This document shows, piece after piece, positions 21,271-31,403 of a stretch of 64,000 bases of DNA. Position 1 is the first letter of the stretch. Every line of letters starts with the position of its first letter. The position numbers and the translations under genes were made by a program. Source of the DNA: Bacilli bacterium. GTDB taxonomy: Bacteria > Bacillota_I > Bacilli_A > RF39 > UBA660. The notes beneath the pieces are model-generated. The model ran no database searches. It was not told the origin of the DNA and saw only the letters and a program-made list of their open reading frames with translations. The stretch spans positions 7,494-71,493 of the forward strand of contig JBKDZP010000007.1 in NCBI GenBank assembly GCA_047971315.1. The letters run 5' to 3'.

Positions 21271-21432
21271 ATGAAATTAAATAATAAGGAACTTTATAAC
21301 ATAATTGGCGGAGCAATATCAGCATCAATGATAGGATATTTGGTTAAAGGAATAAATTCATTACTTGATTTAGGTAGAAGTCTAGGTAGTGCAATTAGAA
21401 GAAGCCAAAATAATAATTTATGTTCATTTTAA
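21271..21432 (+). CDS. Double-glycine-leader bacteriocin precursor peptide B (53 aa; not in ORF track)
   Basis: AGGAGG RBS at 21261..21266 overlaps the peptide A stop. MKLNNKELYNIIGG|AISASMIGYLVKGINSLLDLGRSLGSAIRRSQNNNLCSF. Same leader consensus. Cationic mature peptide with GxxxG/SxxxG motifs. Confidence 0.75.
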   Translation: MKLNNKELYNIIGGAISASMIGYLVKGINSLLDLGRSLGSAIRRSQNNNLCSF

Positions 21433-21435
21433 AAT

Positions 21436-21465
21436 AAAAAGTCAAATTTTGACTTTTTTATTTTA
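21436..21465 (+). terminator. Rho-independent terminator closing the bacteriocin module
   Basis: aaagtc...gacttt hairpin followed by ttttttatttt. Confidence 0.6.
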
Positions 21466-21704
21466 ATAATATACATTTTTTTTAATGTTGTATAAAGTGA
21501 AGTAGAAATACTTAAATAATAAACATATTTAGAAAATAATAATATAAATAAAGAATTTATAATATATAAAAAAAGTATTTATATTCACTTGAATAGTAAA
21601 AAGCAAAATAATTAGCTTTTTTTCATTATTTTTAAAAAAAATTTGTTGAAATATAGTAAAAACAGTGTTATAATACCAATAGTTTACAGAAGGGAGGGAA
21701 TACA

Positions 21705-21899
21705 ATGACTAAAGTAATCGTAAGAAATGGAAATGTTGACAGCGCCCTTCGTATGTTTAAACAAAAAAGTGCCAAAAATGGAACACTTAAAGAAGTACGT
21801 GAAAGACAAGAAGGTTATCTAAAACCAGGTGCTAAAAGAAGAAAAGAAAAAAAAGAAGCTATCAAAAATAGCCACAAAAAAAATAGAGAAAATTATTAG
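21705..21899 (+). CDS. rpsU: 30S ribosomal protein S21
   Basis: VIVRNGNVDSALRMFKQKSAKNGTLKEVRER...KPGAKRRKEKKEA matches S21. GGGAGGGAA RBS. Confidence 0.9.
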   Translation: MTKVIVRNGNVDSALRMFKQKSAKNGTLKEVRERQEGYLKPGAKRRKEKKEAIKNSHKKNRENY

Positions 21900-21934
21900 G
21901 TCGTATTGACCTTTTTTAGTAGAAAGGTGATATT

Positions 21935-22378
21935 ATGAGAGATAAAATATTAAATGATTTAAAAGCAGCAATGAAATCTCAGGAAAAAGAAAAACTACAA
22001 GTAATCCGCATGGTCAAAGGTGCAATACAAATGGAAGAATTAAATACTAAAAAAGAATTAGATGATAATGAAATTATTTCAATAATTGCTAAACAAATAA
22101 AAAGTAGAAAAGAATCAATTGTTGAATTTAATAAAGCAGGAAGAACTGATTTAACTACTAAAACAGAAGCTGAAATTAAAATATTGGATACATATATGCC
22201 CGTCCAATTAACTGAAGAAGAAATAAATTTAGAAATAAATAAATTACTTGAAACTGAAACTATAACTGGAATGTCAGATTTTGGTAAATTTATGGGTAAA
22301 ATAACCCCAATTTTAAAAGGTAGAGCAGATATGGCAATAGTAAGTAAGCTAATAAAAAATAAAATAAATAATATATAA
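21935..22378 (+). CDS. GatB/YqeY-domain protein
   Basis: Strong similarity pattern to B. subtilis YqeY (KLQVIRMVKGAIQ...ESIVEFNKAGRTDL...YMPVQLTEEE). Conserved rpsU-yqeY adjacency. Confidence 0.75.
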   Translation: MRDKILNDLKAAMKSQEKEKLQVIRMVKGAIQMEELNTKKELDDNEIISIIAKQIKSRKESIVEFNKAGRTDLTTKTEAEIKILDTYMPVQLTEEEINLEINKLLETETITGMSDFGKFMGKITPILKGRADMAIVSKLIKNKINNI

Positions 22379-22427
22379 AACGACACTTTTAATAGTGTTT
22401 TTTTTTTATACTATTAGTGGTGATAAC

Positions 22428-23204
22428 ATGAAAATTTATTTAGACTTTATCTTCATTATTAATTTTTCTTTTGATTTTCTACTTTTAATTGCAGTTGCAA
22501 CATTACTTAAAAGAAATATAAAAATTAAAAAAATTATATTTGGAAGTATATTTGGTGGATTTAGTATATTTACATTGTTTTTAGAAATTAATAATTTAGA
22601 ACTATTTATTTTTAAAATAATAATAAGCATTTTTATGGTTTTAATCACATTCTCATTTAGAAATTTTAAATATACATTAACTAATTTAATATATTTATAT
22701 ATTGTTAGCATGGTTCTTGGAGGATTTTTATATTTCTTAAATATTCAATTTTCGTATTCACATAATGGATTAATATTTTTTCATAATGAATTTAGTATTA
22801 ATATAATAGTTTTAGTCATATTATCACCAATCATTATATATACTTATGTTAAGGAATGTTTAAATTTAAAAACCACCTTTTCAAAATATTATAAAGTGGA
22901 TATCCAGTTAGAAAAAGAAACTCTAAATTTAAATGGATTTTTAGATACTGGAAATAAACTGGTAGATCCAATATTTAAAAAACCAATTATCCTAATAAAT
23001 GAAGAATGTTTAAAATATAAGTATAATTATTTTTTGGTTCCAATTACTACAGTAAGTGAAAACAGTATGTTAAAGTGTATTAAAGTAAAAAAAATCAATA
23101 TAAAAACAGTTGGCGAAAAAAAAGACGTATTAGTTGGTTTACTACCTAAAAAAATACAAATGGAAGGAATTGATTGTATATTACAATCTAAATTGGTAGA
23201 ATAA
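22428..23204 (+). CDS. spoIIGA: Sporulation sigma-E processing aspartic protease SpoIIGA
   Basis: Polytopic N-terminal membrane domain plus C-terminal GFLDTGNKLVDP (DTG aspartic protease motif). Start trimmed to the ATG with GTGGTGA RBS. Immediately upstream of sigE. Confidence 0.75.
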   Translation: MKIYLDFIFIINFSFDFLLLIAVATLLKRNIKIKKIIFGSIFGGFSIFTLFLEINNLELFIFKIIISIFMVLITFSFRNFKYTLTNLIYLYIVSMVLGGFLYFLNIQFSYSHNGLIFFHNEFSINIIVLVILSPIIIYTYVKECLNLKTTFSKYYKVDIQLEKETLNLNGFLDTGNKLVDPIFKKPIILINEECLKYKYNYFLVPITTVSENSMLKCIKVKKINIKTVGEKKDVLVGLLPKKIQMEGIDCILQSKLVE

Positions 23205-23890
23205 TGCTAAAAAAAATATTAAAATTATTATCAAGACTTTATGAAAAAAATATTTTCTTTGTTGGAAGTTCAGATAAATTGCCTGAACCATTAAGTAAAG
23301 AAGATGAAACTGCATATGTATTAAAATCAATGGATGGAGATACTTTTGCTAGAAACAAATTAATAGAACATAATTTAAGATTAGTAGTATTTTTATCAAA
23401 ACGATATGAAAATACTGGAATAGATTTAGAAGATCTTGTAAGTATTGGTACTATTGGACTAATAAAAGGAGTTAATACTTATAAATTAGATAAAAATATA
23501 AAGCTTGCTACTTATGTATCTCGATGTATTGATAATGAAATATTAATGTATTTAAGAAAAAATAAAAAAAGAAGAAGTGAAGTTAGTTTTGAAGATAGTT
23601 TAAGTTATGATTCAGAAGGAAATGAATTACATCTTGAAGATATTTTAGGAACTGATGAAAATATAGTAACAAAAAGAATAGAAGAAGAAACTGAAAAAAA
23701 TATCCTTAAAGAAGAAATTGATAAATTAAATGACAGAGATAAAAAAATAATGATGTTAAGATATGGAATGTTTGGTCAAGAAGAAATGACACAAAAAGAT
23801 GTAGCAATTAAATTAGGCATAAGTCAATCATATATATCTAGAATAGAAAAAAAAGTTATAAAAAAAATAAAAACTTATGTAAAAATATAA
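23204..23890 (+). CDS. sigE: RNA polymerase sporulation sigma factor SigE (pro-sigma-E)
   Basis: Pro-sequence ...FVGSSDKLPEPLSKEDE, region 2 RLVVFLSKRYENTGIDLEDLVSIGTIGLIKGV, region 4 KDVAIKLGISQSYISRIEKK. Start overlaps the spoIIGA stop. Confidence 0.8.
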   Translation: MLKKILKLLSRLYEKNIFFVGSSDKLPEPLSKEDETAYVLKSMDGDTFARNKLIEHNLRLVVFLSKRYENTGIDLEDLVSIGTIGLIKGVNTYKLDKNIKLATYVSRCIDNEILMYLRKNKKRRSEVSFEDSLSYDSEGNELHLEDILGTDENIVTKRIEEETEKNILKEEIDKLNDRDKKIMMLRYGMFGQEEMTQKDVAIKLGISQSYISRIEKKVIKKIKTYVKI

Positions 23891-23937
23891 ATGTATGTAA
23901 ATACATTTTTTAAAATTAATAATTTAGCACTCAACTA

Positions 23938-23966
23938 TTGACAATGCCAAAAGATTGTTGTATAAT
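23938..23966 (+). promoter_or_regulatory. Sigma-A type promoter of the hrcA-grpE-dnaK operon
   Basis: TTGACA (23938..23943), 17 nt spacer, TATAAT (23961..23966). Confidence 0.7.
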
Positions 23967-23970
23967 TTCT

Positions 23971-23997
23971 TTAGCACCAATCAAAATAGAGTGCTAA
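23971..23997 (+). promoter_or_regulatory. CIRCE operator (HrcA binding site)
   Basis: TTAGCACCA-N9-GAGTGCTAA versus consensus TTAGCACTC-N9-GAGTGCTAA. Sits immediately after the -10 and before hrcA. Confidence 0.85.
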
Positions 23998-24008
23998 GAG
24001 GTGGTATT

Positions 24009-25004
24009 GTGATTAGTAATAGACAAAAAGAATTACTAAAACTAATAGTAGAAGAGTATATTAAAACAGCAAAACCAATTAGTTCTAAATCATTATGTAG
24101 AAAGATGTTATGTTCATCAGCTACAATTAGAAATGAAATGAGCAACTTAGAAGAACTTGGAATGTTAGAAAAAACTCATATCTCATCAGGGAGAGTTCCA
24201 AGTGAAAAAGGATATCGTTATTATGTAGATTTAATAATGGAACCTAAAGAATTAACTGGCGAAGATATGCTTAAACTTCAAACCATATTTCATAATCAAT
24301 CATTAGTTTTAACTGATGCAATAAAAAAAAGTATGGAAATTATTTCAGAGTTAACTAATTATACTTCTATAATTTTAGGAAGTTCATCAAAAGATAATAA
24401 AATTAGTAAAATTGAAGTAGTACCCATTAGTGAAAAAGAAATAGTAGCAATAGTTATAACTGATAGAGGACACGTAGAACATAAAAATGTTTTACTTGAA
24501 GAAAAAATAGCAATAAATGAGGTAAAACAAACAGTAGATTTAATCAATAAATTTATTGTAGGTACATCTCTTGATGAAGTTAATGCTAAATTGGAATTTG
24601 AAGTAAAACCTAAAATTGGTGACAATATAAAACATCAAAAAGTAATATATGATGCACTATTTAACTTTTTCAATGATTTTGTAACTGAATCAAACTTTCA
24701 AATTCATAAACCAAGTAATATTTTAATGGAACCAGAATTTAATGATACAAATAAAATTAGAACAATCTTAAAACAATTTGAAGATAAAGAATTTATTAGT
24801 AGTATTAAAGAAGAAGAAAAAGGAATTAATATTTATATTGGTAGTGAAAATAAAATAGATGATGATGTTACAGTAATAAAAACAAAATTCTCTGTTAGTG
24901 GAGAAGAAGGGACAATTGCATTAATAGGACCAAAACGTATGGAATATGATCGCGTTATGACCTTATTACAATTTATTAAAGATAATATTGAAAAAAATGA
25001 TTAA
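24009..25004 (+). CDS. hrcA: Heat-inducible transcription repressor HrcA
   Basis: GTG start after a GAGGTGG RBS; the track ORF extends upstream across the promoter and is unlikely. N-terminal wHTH ISNRQKELLKLIVEEYIKTAKPISSKSL. Confidence 0.85.
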   Translation: MISNRQKELLKLIVEEYIKTAKPISSKSLCRKMLCSSATIRNEMSNLEELGMLEKTHISSGRVPSEKGYRYYVDLIMEPKELTGEDMLKLQTIFHNQSLVLTDAIKKSMEIISELTNYTSIILGSSSKDNKISKIEVVPISEKEIVAIVITDRGHVEHKNVLLEEKIAINEVKQTVDLINKFIVGTSLDEVNAKLEFEVKPKIGDNIKHQKVIYDALFNFFNDFVTESNFQIHKPSNILMEPEFNDTNKIRTILKQFEDKEFISSIKEEEKGINIYIGSENKIDDDVTVIKTKFSVSGEEGTIALIGPKRMEYDRVMTLLQFIKDNIEKND

Positions 25005-25044
25005 AATTAGTGTAATCAACCAATAATTATATGTAGTAGAAAGG

Positions 25045-25665
25045 ATGTTTATGGAAAATTACGAAGAATTAGGAAAATGTGAATGTGAAAATTGTCAAGA
25101 TAATACTTGTGAATGTGATGATTGCAACCATGAAAATGTAGAAAATTGTAATTGTGATGAACATGTTCACTTAAATAGTAATAACCAAAATAAAGAAGTA
25201 GAAAATTTAAAGGAGACAATAAAATCTTTAACTGAACAACTACTTCAAAATGAAGAAAAAAAATTAAGAGATAAAGCAGAAATGATAAACTTTCGTCGCC
25301 GTAAAGATGAAGAAGTTTCTAGAATTATTAAATATTCAAATGAGGATGTTATTAAACAAATTTTACCAACAATAGACAATTTTGAAAGAGCGATTAAATT
25401 AGATGATAAAAACCTAGATGATGAAGTATCTAAATTTTTAGAAGGATTTAAAATGATTTATTGTAATCTAGTTTCTACTATAGAAAGTTTTGAAGTAAAA
25501 GCAATTGATGGTAAAAATAAACCATTTGATCCAACATATCATGAAGCAGTAATGACTGATCATGAAGATGGTGTAGAACCAGGGATAGTATTAGAAGTTT
25601 TACAAAAAGGTTATATATTAAAAGATAGAGTTATTAGACCTGCAATGGTTAAAGTATCTGAATAA
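25045..25665 (+). CDS. grpE: Nucleotide exchange factor GrpE with Cys-rich N-terminal extension
   Basis: Core GrpE (…EKKLRDKAEMINFRRRKDEE…QKGYILKDRVIRPAMVKV). N-terminal 40 aa reads KCECENCQDNTCECDDCNHENVENCNCDEH. Confidence 0.85.
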   Translation: MFMENYEELGKCECENCQDNTCECDDCNHENVENCNCDEHVHLNSNNQNKEVENLKETIKSLTEQLLQNEEKKLRDKAEMINFRRRKDEEVSRIIKYSNEDVIKQILPTIDNFERAIKLDDKNLDDEVSKFLEGFKMIYCNLVSTIESFEVKAIDGKNKPFDPTYHEAVMTDHEDGVEPGIVLEVLQKGYILKDRVIRPAMVKVSE

Positions 25666-25680
25666 AAGAAAGGTGATAAT

Positions 25681-27501
25681 ATGAGTAAAATAATAGGAAT
25701 AGATTTAGGAACAACAAATAGTTGTGTTTCAATTTTTGAAGGTGGAGAAGTAAAAGTAATTGCAAATGCAGAAGGATTAAGAACTACTCCATCAGTTGTA
25801 GCTTTTAAAGGAGAAGACATAATAGTTGGACAAAAAGCTAAAAACCAAATGGTAACAAATAAAAATACAATTCATTCAATAAAAAGACAAATGGGAACAA
25901 ATAAAAAAGTAAATATTGAAGGAAAAGATTATAGTCCTGAAGAAATTTCAGCAATGATTTTAGGAGATTTAAAAAAATCTGCTGAAGCATATTTAGGTGA
26001 AAGTGTAACAAGAGCAGTAATAACTGTTCCAGCGTACTTCAATGATGCTGAAAGACAAGCAACTAAAAATGCTGGTAAAATTGCTGGATTAGAAGTTGAA
26101 AGAATAATAAATGAACCAACAGCTGCTGCACTTGCATATGGTCTTGATAAACAAGATAAGAATGAACAAATCTTAGTATATGATTTAGGTGGGGGAACAT
26201 TTGATGTTTCAATTCTTGAACTAGGAGATGGAGTATTTGAAGTTAAATCAACTAGTGGTAATAATAAATTAGGTGGAGATGACTTTGATGATAGAATAAT
26301 GGATTTCTTAGTTAAAGAATTCAAAAGTGAAAACTCAATTGATTTAAGTAAAGATAAAATGGCAATGCAAAGACTTAAAGATGCTGCTGAAAAAGCTAAA
26401 AAAGATTTAAGTGGAATGAGTTCTACAGAAATATCATTACCATTTATATCTCAAGGATCTGATGGACCACTTCATTTAAATATTACTTTAAGTAGAGCAA
26501 AATTTGAAGATTTAATTCGTGACTTAGTAGAATCTACTAAAGAACCAGTTAGAAAAGCACTATCAGATGCAAAATTAAAACCAGCTGACTTAGATAAAGT
26601 AATTTTAGTCGGTGGGTCTACTAGAATACCTATGGTTCAAGATTTAGTTAAAGCTGAACTTGGTAAAGAACCATCAAAAGGTGTTAATCCAGATGAAGTA
26701 GTTGCAATGGGTGCAGCTATACAAGGTGGAGTATTAACAGGTGATGTTGAAGATATAGTATTATTAGATGTTACACCACTATCACTTGGAATTGAAACTA
26801 TGGGTAATGTAATGACAGTATTAATACCAAGAAATACAACAATTCCAACTAGTAAATCACAAACTTTCTCAACAGCTGCAGATAATCAACCAGCAGTTGA
26901 TATTCACGTATTACAAGGTGAAAGATCTATGGCTTATGATAATAAAACATTAGGTCGTTTCCAACTTACAAATATTCCAGCCGCACCAAGAGGAGTACCT
27001 CAAATCGAAGTTACATTTGATATAGATGCTAATGGTATTGTAAATGTTAAAGCAAAAGACTTAGGAACAGGAAAAGAACAAAACATAACAATTACCTCAA
27101 ATACATCTTTAAGTGATGATGAAATTGAAAAAATGGTAAAAGATGCTGAAGCTAATAGAGAAGCAGATGCTAAGAAAAAAGAAGAAGCAGATTTAAGAAA
27201 TGATGCAGAACAAACAATTTTTCAAACTGAAAAATCATTAAAGGACTTAGGTGATAAAGTAAATGCTGAAGATAAATCAAAAGCAGAAGCTGAAATAAAA
27301 GATTTAAAAGAAGCTTTAGAAAAAGATAATTTAGAAGAAATTAAAATGAAAAAAGAAAAATTAAATGAAACTGCAATAGCATATGCTACTAAAGTGTATG
27401 AAGAAGCAGCAAAAGAAGCCCAAACAAATAATCAAACTGAAGAATCAACTACATCTACAGAAGATGACAATGTAATTGATGCTGAATTTGAAGAAAAATA
27501 A
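25681..27501 (+). CDS. dnaK: Chaperone DnaK (Hsp70)
   Basis: [38 protein letters not shown]. 606 aa. Confidence 0.97.
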   Translation: MSKIIGIDLGTTNSCVSIFEGGEVKVIANAEGLRTTPSVVAFKGEDIIVGQKAKNQMVTNKNTIHSIKRQMGTNKKVNIEGKDYSPEEISAMILGDLKKSAEAYLGESVTRAVITVPAYFNDAERQATKNAGKIAGLEVERIINEPTAAALAYGLDKQDKNEQILVYDLGGGTFDVSILELGDGVFEVKSTSGNNKLGGDDFDDRIMDFLVKEFKSENSIDLSKDKMAMQRLKDAAEKAKKDLSGMSSTEISLPFISQGSDGPLHLNITLSRAKFEDLIRDLVESTKEPVRKALSDAKLKPADLDKVILVGGSTRIPMVQDLVKAELGKEPSKGVNPDEVVAMGAAIQGGVLTGDVEDIVLLDVTPLSLGIETMGNVMTVLIPRNTTIPTSKSQTFSTAADNQPAVDIHVLQGERSMAYDNKTLGRFQLTNIPAAPRGVPQIEVTFDIDANGIVNVKAKDLGTGKEQNITITSNTSLSDDEIEKMVKDAEANREADAKKKEEADLRNDAEQTIFQTEKSLKDLGDKVNAEDKSKAEAEIKDLKEALEKDNLEEIKMKKEKLNETAIAYATKVYEEAAKEAQTNNQTEESTTSTEDDNVIDAEFEEK

Positions 27502-27510
27502 AATATATTT

Positions 27511-27545
27511 AGAAGTTCTAGGAAACTAGAACTTCGACTTTTATC
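27511..27545 (+). terminator. Rho-independent terminator after dnaK
   Basis: Perfect 10-bp stem gaagttctag/ctagaacttc with gaaa loop, then T-rich tract. Confidence 0.7.
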
Positions 27546-27565
27546 TTATAATATAAGGAGAAAAA

Positions 27566-29365
27566 ATGGATAAACAAAAAAGAAGAGATGAAATAAGTAA
27601 TGAATATAAATGGGATTTAACTTCAATATTTAAAACAGATGAAGACTATTATTGTATGTTGGAAGTTGTAAAAAAAGATTTAAATTTATTTGATTGTTTC
27701 AAAGAAGATTTACTAACTAGCGCAAAAAGATTATTAGAATATCTTGAAACAAAAATTACTTTTGAAAGAAAATTATATCGATTATATTTTTATGCGCATC
27801 TAAATTTAGATGCTGATACAACTAATACTCAATATCAAAAAATGGATAAAGAAATAACTGATTTAATGTCTAAATTCTCAGAAAATATTTCCTTTGTTAA
27901 TCCACTTTTTATGGAAACAAATTATGAAGTAATTAAAAATTTTTATGAAGAAGAACCAGCACTTAAAAAACATAAATTTAATATTGATAATTTATATAGA
28001 TTTAAAAATCATACTTTAAGTAAAGATGCAGAAAAACTTATTTCTAGTATGAACAAAGTATTCGAAAATCCATCTGAAACCTACAGTATTTTGACTGATA
28101 CTGATCTAAAATTTGATACAATAATAGCTGAAGATGGTAAAGAAGTAGAATTGACTGAATCTAATTATAGAAAATATATTTCATCAATTGATAGAAGTGT
28201 TAGAAAAAATGCTTTTGAGAAATTATTTAAAGTGTATAAAAGTTTTAAAAATACTATTACTTCAATTTATAACGGTGATATTGATTCATCAATAGCTATT
28301 TCTAAAATTAGAAAATATAATAGTTCATTAGAAGCATCATTATATACTGATAATGTTGAAATAAATGTTTATAATAATTTGATTGATACAGTAAATAATA
28401 ACTTATTTGTTTTACATAAATATTTTGAAACAGTAAAAAATGTTTTAAAATTAGATGAGTTACATTTATATGATTTATATGTACCATTAATTAAAGAAGA
28501 TAAAAGTTACTACGAATACGATGAAGCTAGAAAAATAGTAATAAGTGCTTTAAGTATTTTAGGTGAAGATTATATTGAAAACTTAAATAAAGCCTTTGAT
28601 CAAAAATGGATTGACGTTTATAATAATGTTGGGAAAAGAGGCGGAGCTTATTCTAGTGGATTTTATGATACCAATCCTTATATTCTTTTAAATTACGAGG
28701 GAAAACTAAATGATGTTTCCACACTTGCTCATGAACTTGGACATTCGATGCATTCTTATTATTCATGTAAAAATAATGAATATCAAAATTCATCTTATAC
28801 GATATTTGTAGCAGAGGTGGCATCAACTGTAAATGAATTATTACTATGTAAACATTTGCTTAAAGAAAGCAAAGATAAAAATGAAAAATTATCTATTTTA
28901 AATAGATTAATGGAATTATTTAAAAGTACAATCTATAGACAAACAATGTTTGCAGAATTTGAAAAAGGTATATATGAAAAAAGAGAAAATGATGAAGTAT
29001 TAACTCATGAAGTTATCTCAAATTACTACTATGACCTAAATAAAAAATATTTTGGTAGTAATATAGTAGTTGATGAATTAATAAGTTATGAATGGGAAAG
29101 AATTCCTCACTTTTATTACAATTTTTATGTATATAAATATGCAACAGGATTATCTGCAGCTTGTTATATTGTAGAATCAATTATAAATAATAAAGAAAAT
29201 GCATTAGAAAACTATTTAAGTTTTTTAAAAACAGGTGGTAGTGATTATCCAATTGAGGAATTAAAAATTGCTCATGTTGACATGAATGACAAAAAAGTAG
29301 TTGAAAGTGCTATTAAAATGTTTAATGAAACAATAGATGAATTCAACAAATTAAATAATAGTTAG
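27566..29365 (+). CDS. pepF: Oligoendopeptidase F (M3B family)
   Basis: HELGHSMH HExxH zinc motif. ~600 aa M3B architecture. Confidence 0.8.
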   Translation: MDKQKRRDEISNEYKWDLTSIFKTDEDYYCMLEVVKKDLNLFDCFKEDLLTSAKRLLEYLETKITFERKLYRLYFYAHLNLDADTTNTQYQKMDKEITDLMSKFSENISFVNPLFMETNYEVIKNFYEEEPALKKHKFNIDNLYRFKNHTLSKDAEKLISSMNKVFENPSETYSILTDTDLKFDTIIAEDGKEVELTESNYRKYISSIDRSVRKNAFEKLFKVYKSFKNTITSIYNGDIDSSIAISKIRKYNSSLEASLYTDNVEINVYNNLIDTVNNNLFVLHKYFETVKNVLKLDELHLYDLYVPLIKEDKSYYEYDEARKIVISALSILGEDYIENLNKAFDQKWIDVYNNVGKRGGAYSSGFYDTNPYILLNYEGKLNDVSTLAHELGHSMHSYYSCKNNEYQNSSYTIFVAEVASTVNELLLCKHLLKESKDKNEKLSILNRLMELFKSTIYRQTMFAEFEKGIYEKRENDEVLTHEVISNYYYDLNKKYFGSNIVVDELISYEWERIPHFYYNFYVYKYATGLSAACYIVESIINNKENALENYLSFLKTGGSDYPIEELKIAHVDMNDKKVVESAIKMFNETIDEFNKLNNS

Positions 29366-29379
29366 ATGGTGGAGAAGTT

Positions 29380-30474
29380 ATGAATAAAAAAGATTATTAC
29401 GAAGTGCTTGGAGTTAGCAAAACAGCAACTGATTCTGAAATTAAAAGTGCATTTCGTGGTTTAGCAAAAAAATATCATCCCGATGTTTCAAAAGAATCTG
29501 ATGCGGATGCAAAATTTAAAGAAGCTCAAGAAGCGTATGCTATTTTATCAGATGAATCAAAAAGAAAACAATATGATCAATTTGGGCATTCCGCTTTCAA
29601 TAACAACGGTGGTGGTGGCAATGGTGGTTATGATTTTTCAGGATTTGATTTTTCTGATATATTTGGTGATATATTTGGAAATGGTTTTGGTGGCTTTGGT
29701 TTTGGAGGTTCAAGTAATCGTTCAAGAAAAGGTAGTGATTCATTAATTAGAATGAATCTAACTTTTGAAGAAGCGATATTTGGATGTACTAAAACTATTG
29801 AAATAAATGATAGTAAAACTTGTTCTGATTGTCATGGCGAAGGTGGCTTTGGTAGTAAAACATGTCCTGATTGTCATGGGACAGGGCAAATTAATACTAC
29901 TATTTTAGGTGCCTTTGTTACTCGTAGTACTTGCCCAAAATGTGCTGGAAAAGGAAAAACATTTGAAAGTAAATGTTCAAAATGTAGAGGAACAGGTAAA
30001 ACTAATGAAAGAAAAACTAAAGAAGTAAAAGTACCAGCTGGTGTAGATACAGGAAATAGACTAAGAATATCAGGAGCTGGAGAAGCTGGTCCAAATGGTG
30101 GACCAAATGGAGATGTTTATATTGAATTTAGAGTAAATGAACATCCAATATTTAAAAGAGAAGAAAATGATATTTACTTAATTCTGCCAATTACAATTAC
30201 AGATGCAGTATTAGGAACAAAAAAAGATGTACCTACAATTGATGGAATTGTTAAATTAGCAATACCAGCTGGTAGTAAAACAAACGATAAACATCGTTTA
30301 AAAGGAAAAGGTACAACTGATGTTCAAAATGGAAGAAAAGGAGATATGTATGTTATATTAGACATCCATATTCCTAAAAAAATATCAAAAGAACAAAAAA
30401 AATTGTTTGAACAATTAGATAAAACTAATTTAGAAGATAGCAGTGATTTTGAAAAAATAAACAAATATTTATAG
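29380..30474 (+). CDS. dnaJ: Chaperone DnaJ
   Basis: J-domain with HPD (KYHPDVSK), G/F-rich linker, four CxxCxGxG zinc-finger repeats ([36 protein letters not shown]). Confidence 0.95.
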   Translation: MNKKDYYEVLGVSKTATDSEIKSAFRGLAKKYHPDVSKESDADAKFKEAQEAYAILSDESKRKQYDQFGHSAFNNNGGGGNGGYDFSGFDFSDIFGDIFGNGFGGFGFGGSSNRSRKGSDSLIRMNLTFEEAIFGCTKTIEINDSKTCSDCHGEGGFGSKTCPDCHGTGQINTTILGAFVTRSTCPKCAGKGKTFESKCSKCRGTGKTNERKTKEVKVPAGVDTGNRLRISGAGEAGPNGGPNGDVYIEFRVNEHPIFKREENDIYLILPITITDAVLGTKKDVPTIDGIVKLAIPAGSKTNDKHRLKGKGTTDVQNGRKGDMYVILDIHIPKKISKEQKKLFEQLDKTNLEDSSDFEKINKYL

Positions 30475-30498
30475 AACATAGAAATATGTTCTTTTTAT
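30475..30498 (+). terminator. Rho-independent terminator after dnaJ
   Basis: gaacata-gaaa-tatgttc hairpin followed by TTTTT. Confidence 0.6.
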
Positions 30499-30699
30499 GA
30501 CTAAAAAAAGATTATATATCCAATTAGTAATATATCTAAATGTGAAAAATTAAAAGCTTAAATAATTGATGAATTAGGAATAACTAATATAGAGCAGTTA
30601 AATATAATCAATCCTAAAATAAAAGAAAAAAAGTATTGATAAAATAAAAAATTATGTTATAATTGTTGTACTGTTGTACAAACAGATTTTAGAATTATG

Positions 30700-31403
30700 T
30701 TGAAGGAATTATGAAAGAAAAAAAACCAAAAATTAATGGAAATATATGCAAATGTTTGTATATTAGCACAAGCATATGAAATTCATGATGAAATTTCATA
30801 TGATATTATAATAAATAATATTTAACAAGCAATTCCAAATATTACAAAAGAAAATTTGGTAAATTTAAGTATACTTAATAATATTTTTTATAAAGAATGG
30901 AGTTTAAGTAAGTTTTTAGACACATTGAAATTAAATGAAAAAAAACTAAGTTATATTTAAGAGATTTTGAAAATGAAGCTTTAAATTCCAATTTAGGAAA
31001 ATTAACTTTATATTGTGCGGATGTACTTTATAAAAATGAACGAATAAATTGTTATAGTAAATATTTAATTATGCAAGCAAAAGATGGAAAATCAGATGAA
31101 TTAGTTGAAGCACTACAAGCAGTACACAATCATAACGTATTTGAAGATGATTTTGGACGAACTTTTACAGATTCTCAAATATCACAACTGGTTATTGAAT
31201 TCGTCAAAAATGATAACATAGATGAGTCTTCTACAAATTTAGCTAATATTGTAGATAAAGCACCTATATTTACTACCTTTGATTCTAATTTATCTGAAAT
31301 GATGTATTATTGTAATATGGATTTTAAGGATAAAAATACTAAAATGTGTGTACACAATACACATAAAATTTTAGCAAAAACAAAGAAGAAAAGCACTAAT
31401 TGA
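30700..31403 (+). pseudogene. Decayed gene remnant (several frames; possible helical-repeat regulator) ending in the intact-looking 110 aa ORF 31071..31403
   Basis: Protein-like stretches (EIYANVCILAQAYEIHDEISYDII; QAIPNITKENLVNLSILNNIFYKEWSLSKFLDTLKLNEKKLSYI; ...LYCADVLYKNERINCYSKYLIMQAKDG...) are broken by stops and frameshifts. No RBS-led continuous ORF. Confidence 0.3.

Noticed and set aside
29590-29720. Gly/Phe-rich repeat ([34 protein letters not shown]) in dnaJ
   Set aside because: This is the standard G/F-rich linker of type I DnaJ proteins, not a novel repeat.
29483-29746. 87 aa + strand ORF overlapping dnaJ in another frame
   Set aside because: It lies within the dnaJ G/F-rich region in an alternative frame. 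DnaJ motifs (HPD, four CxxCxGxG) define the real frame.
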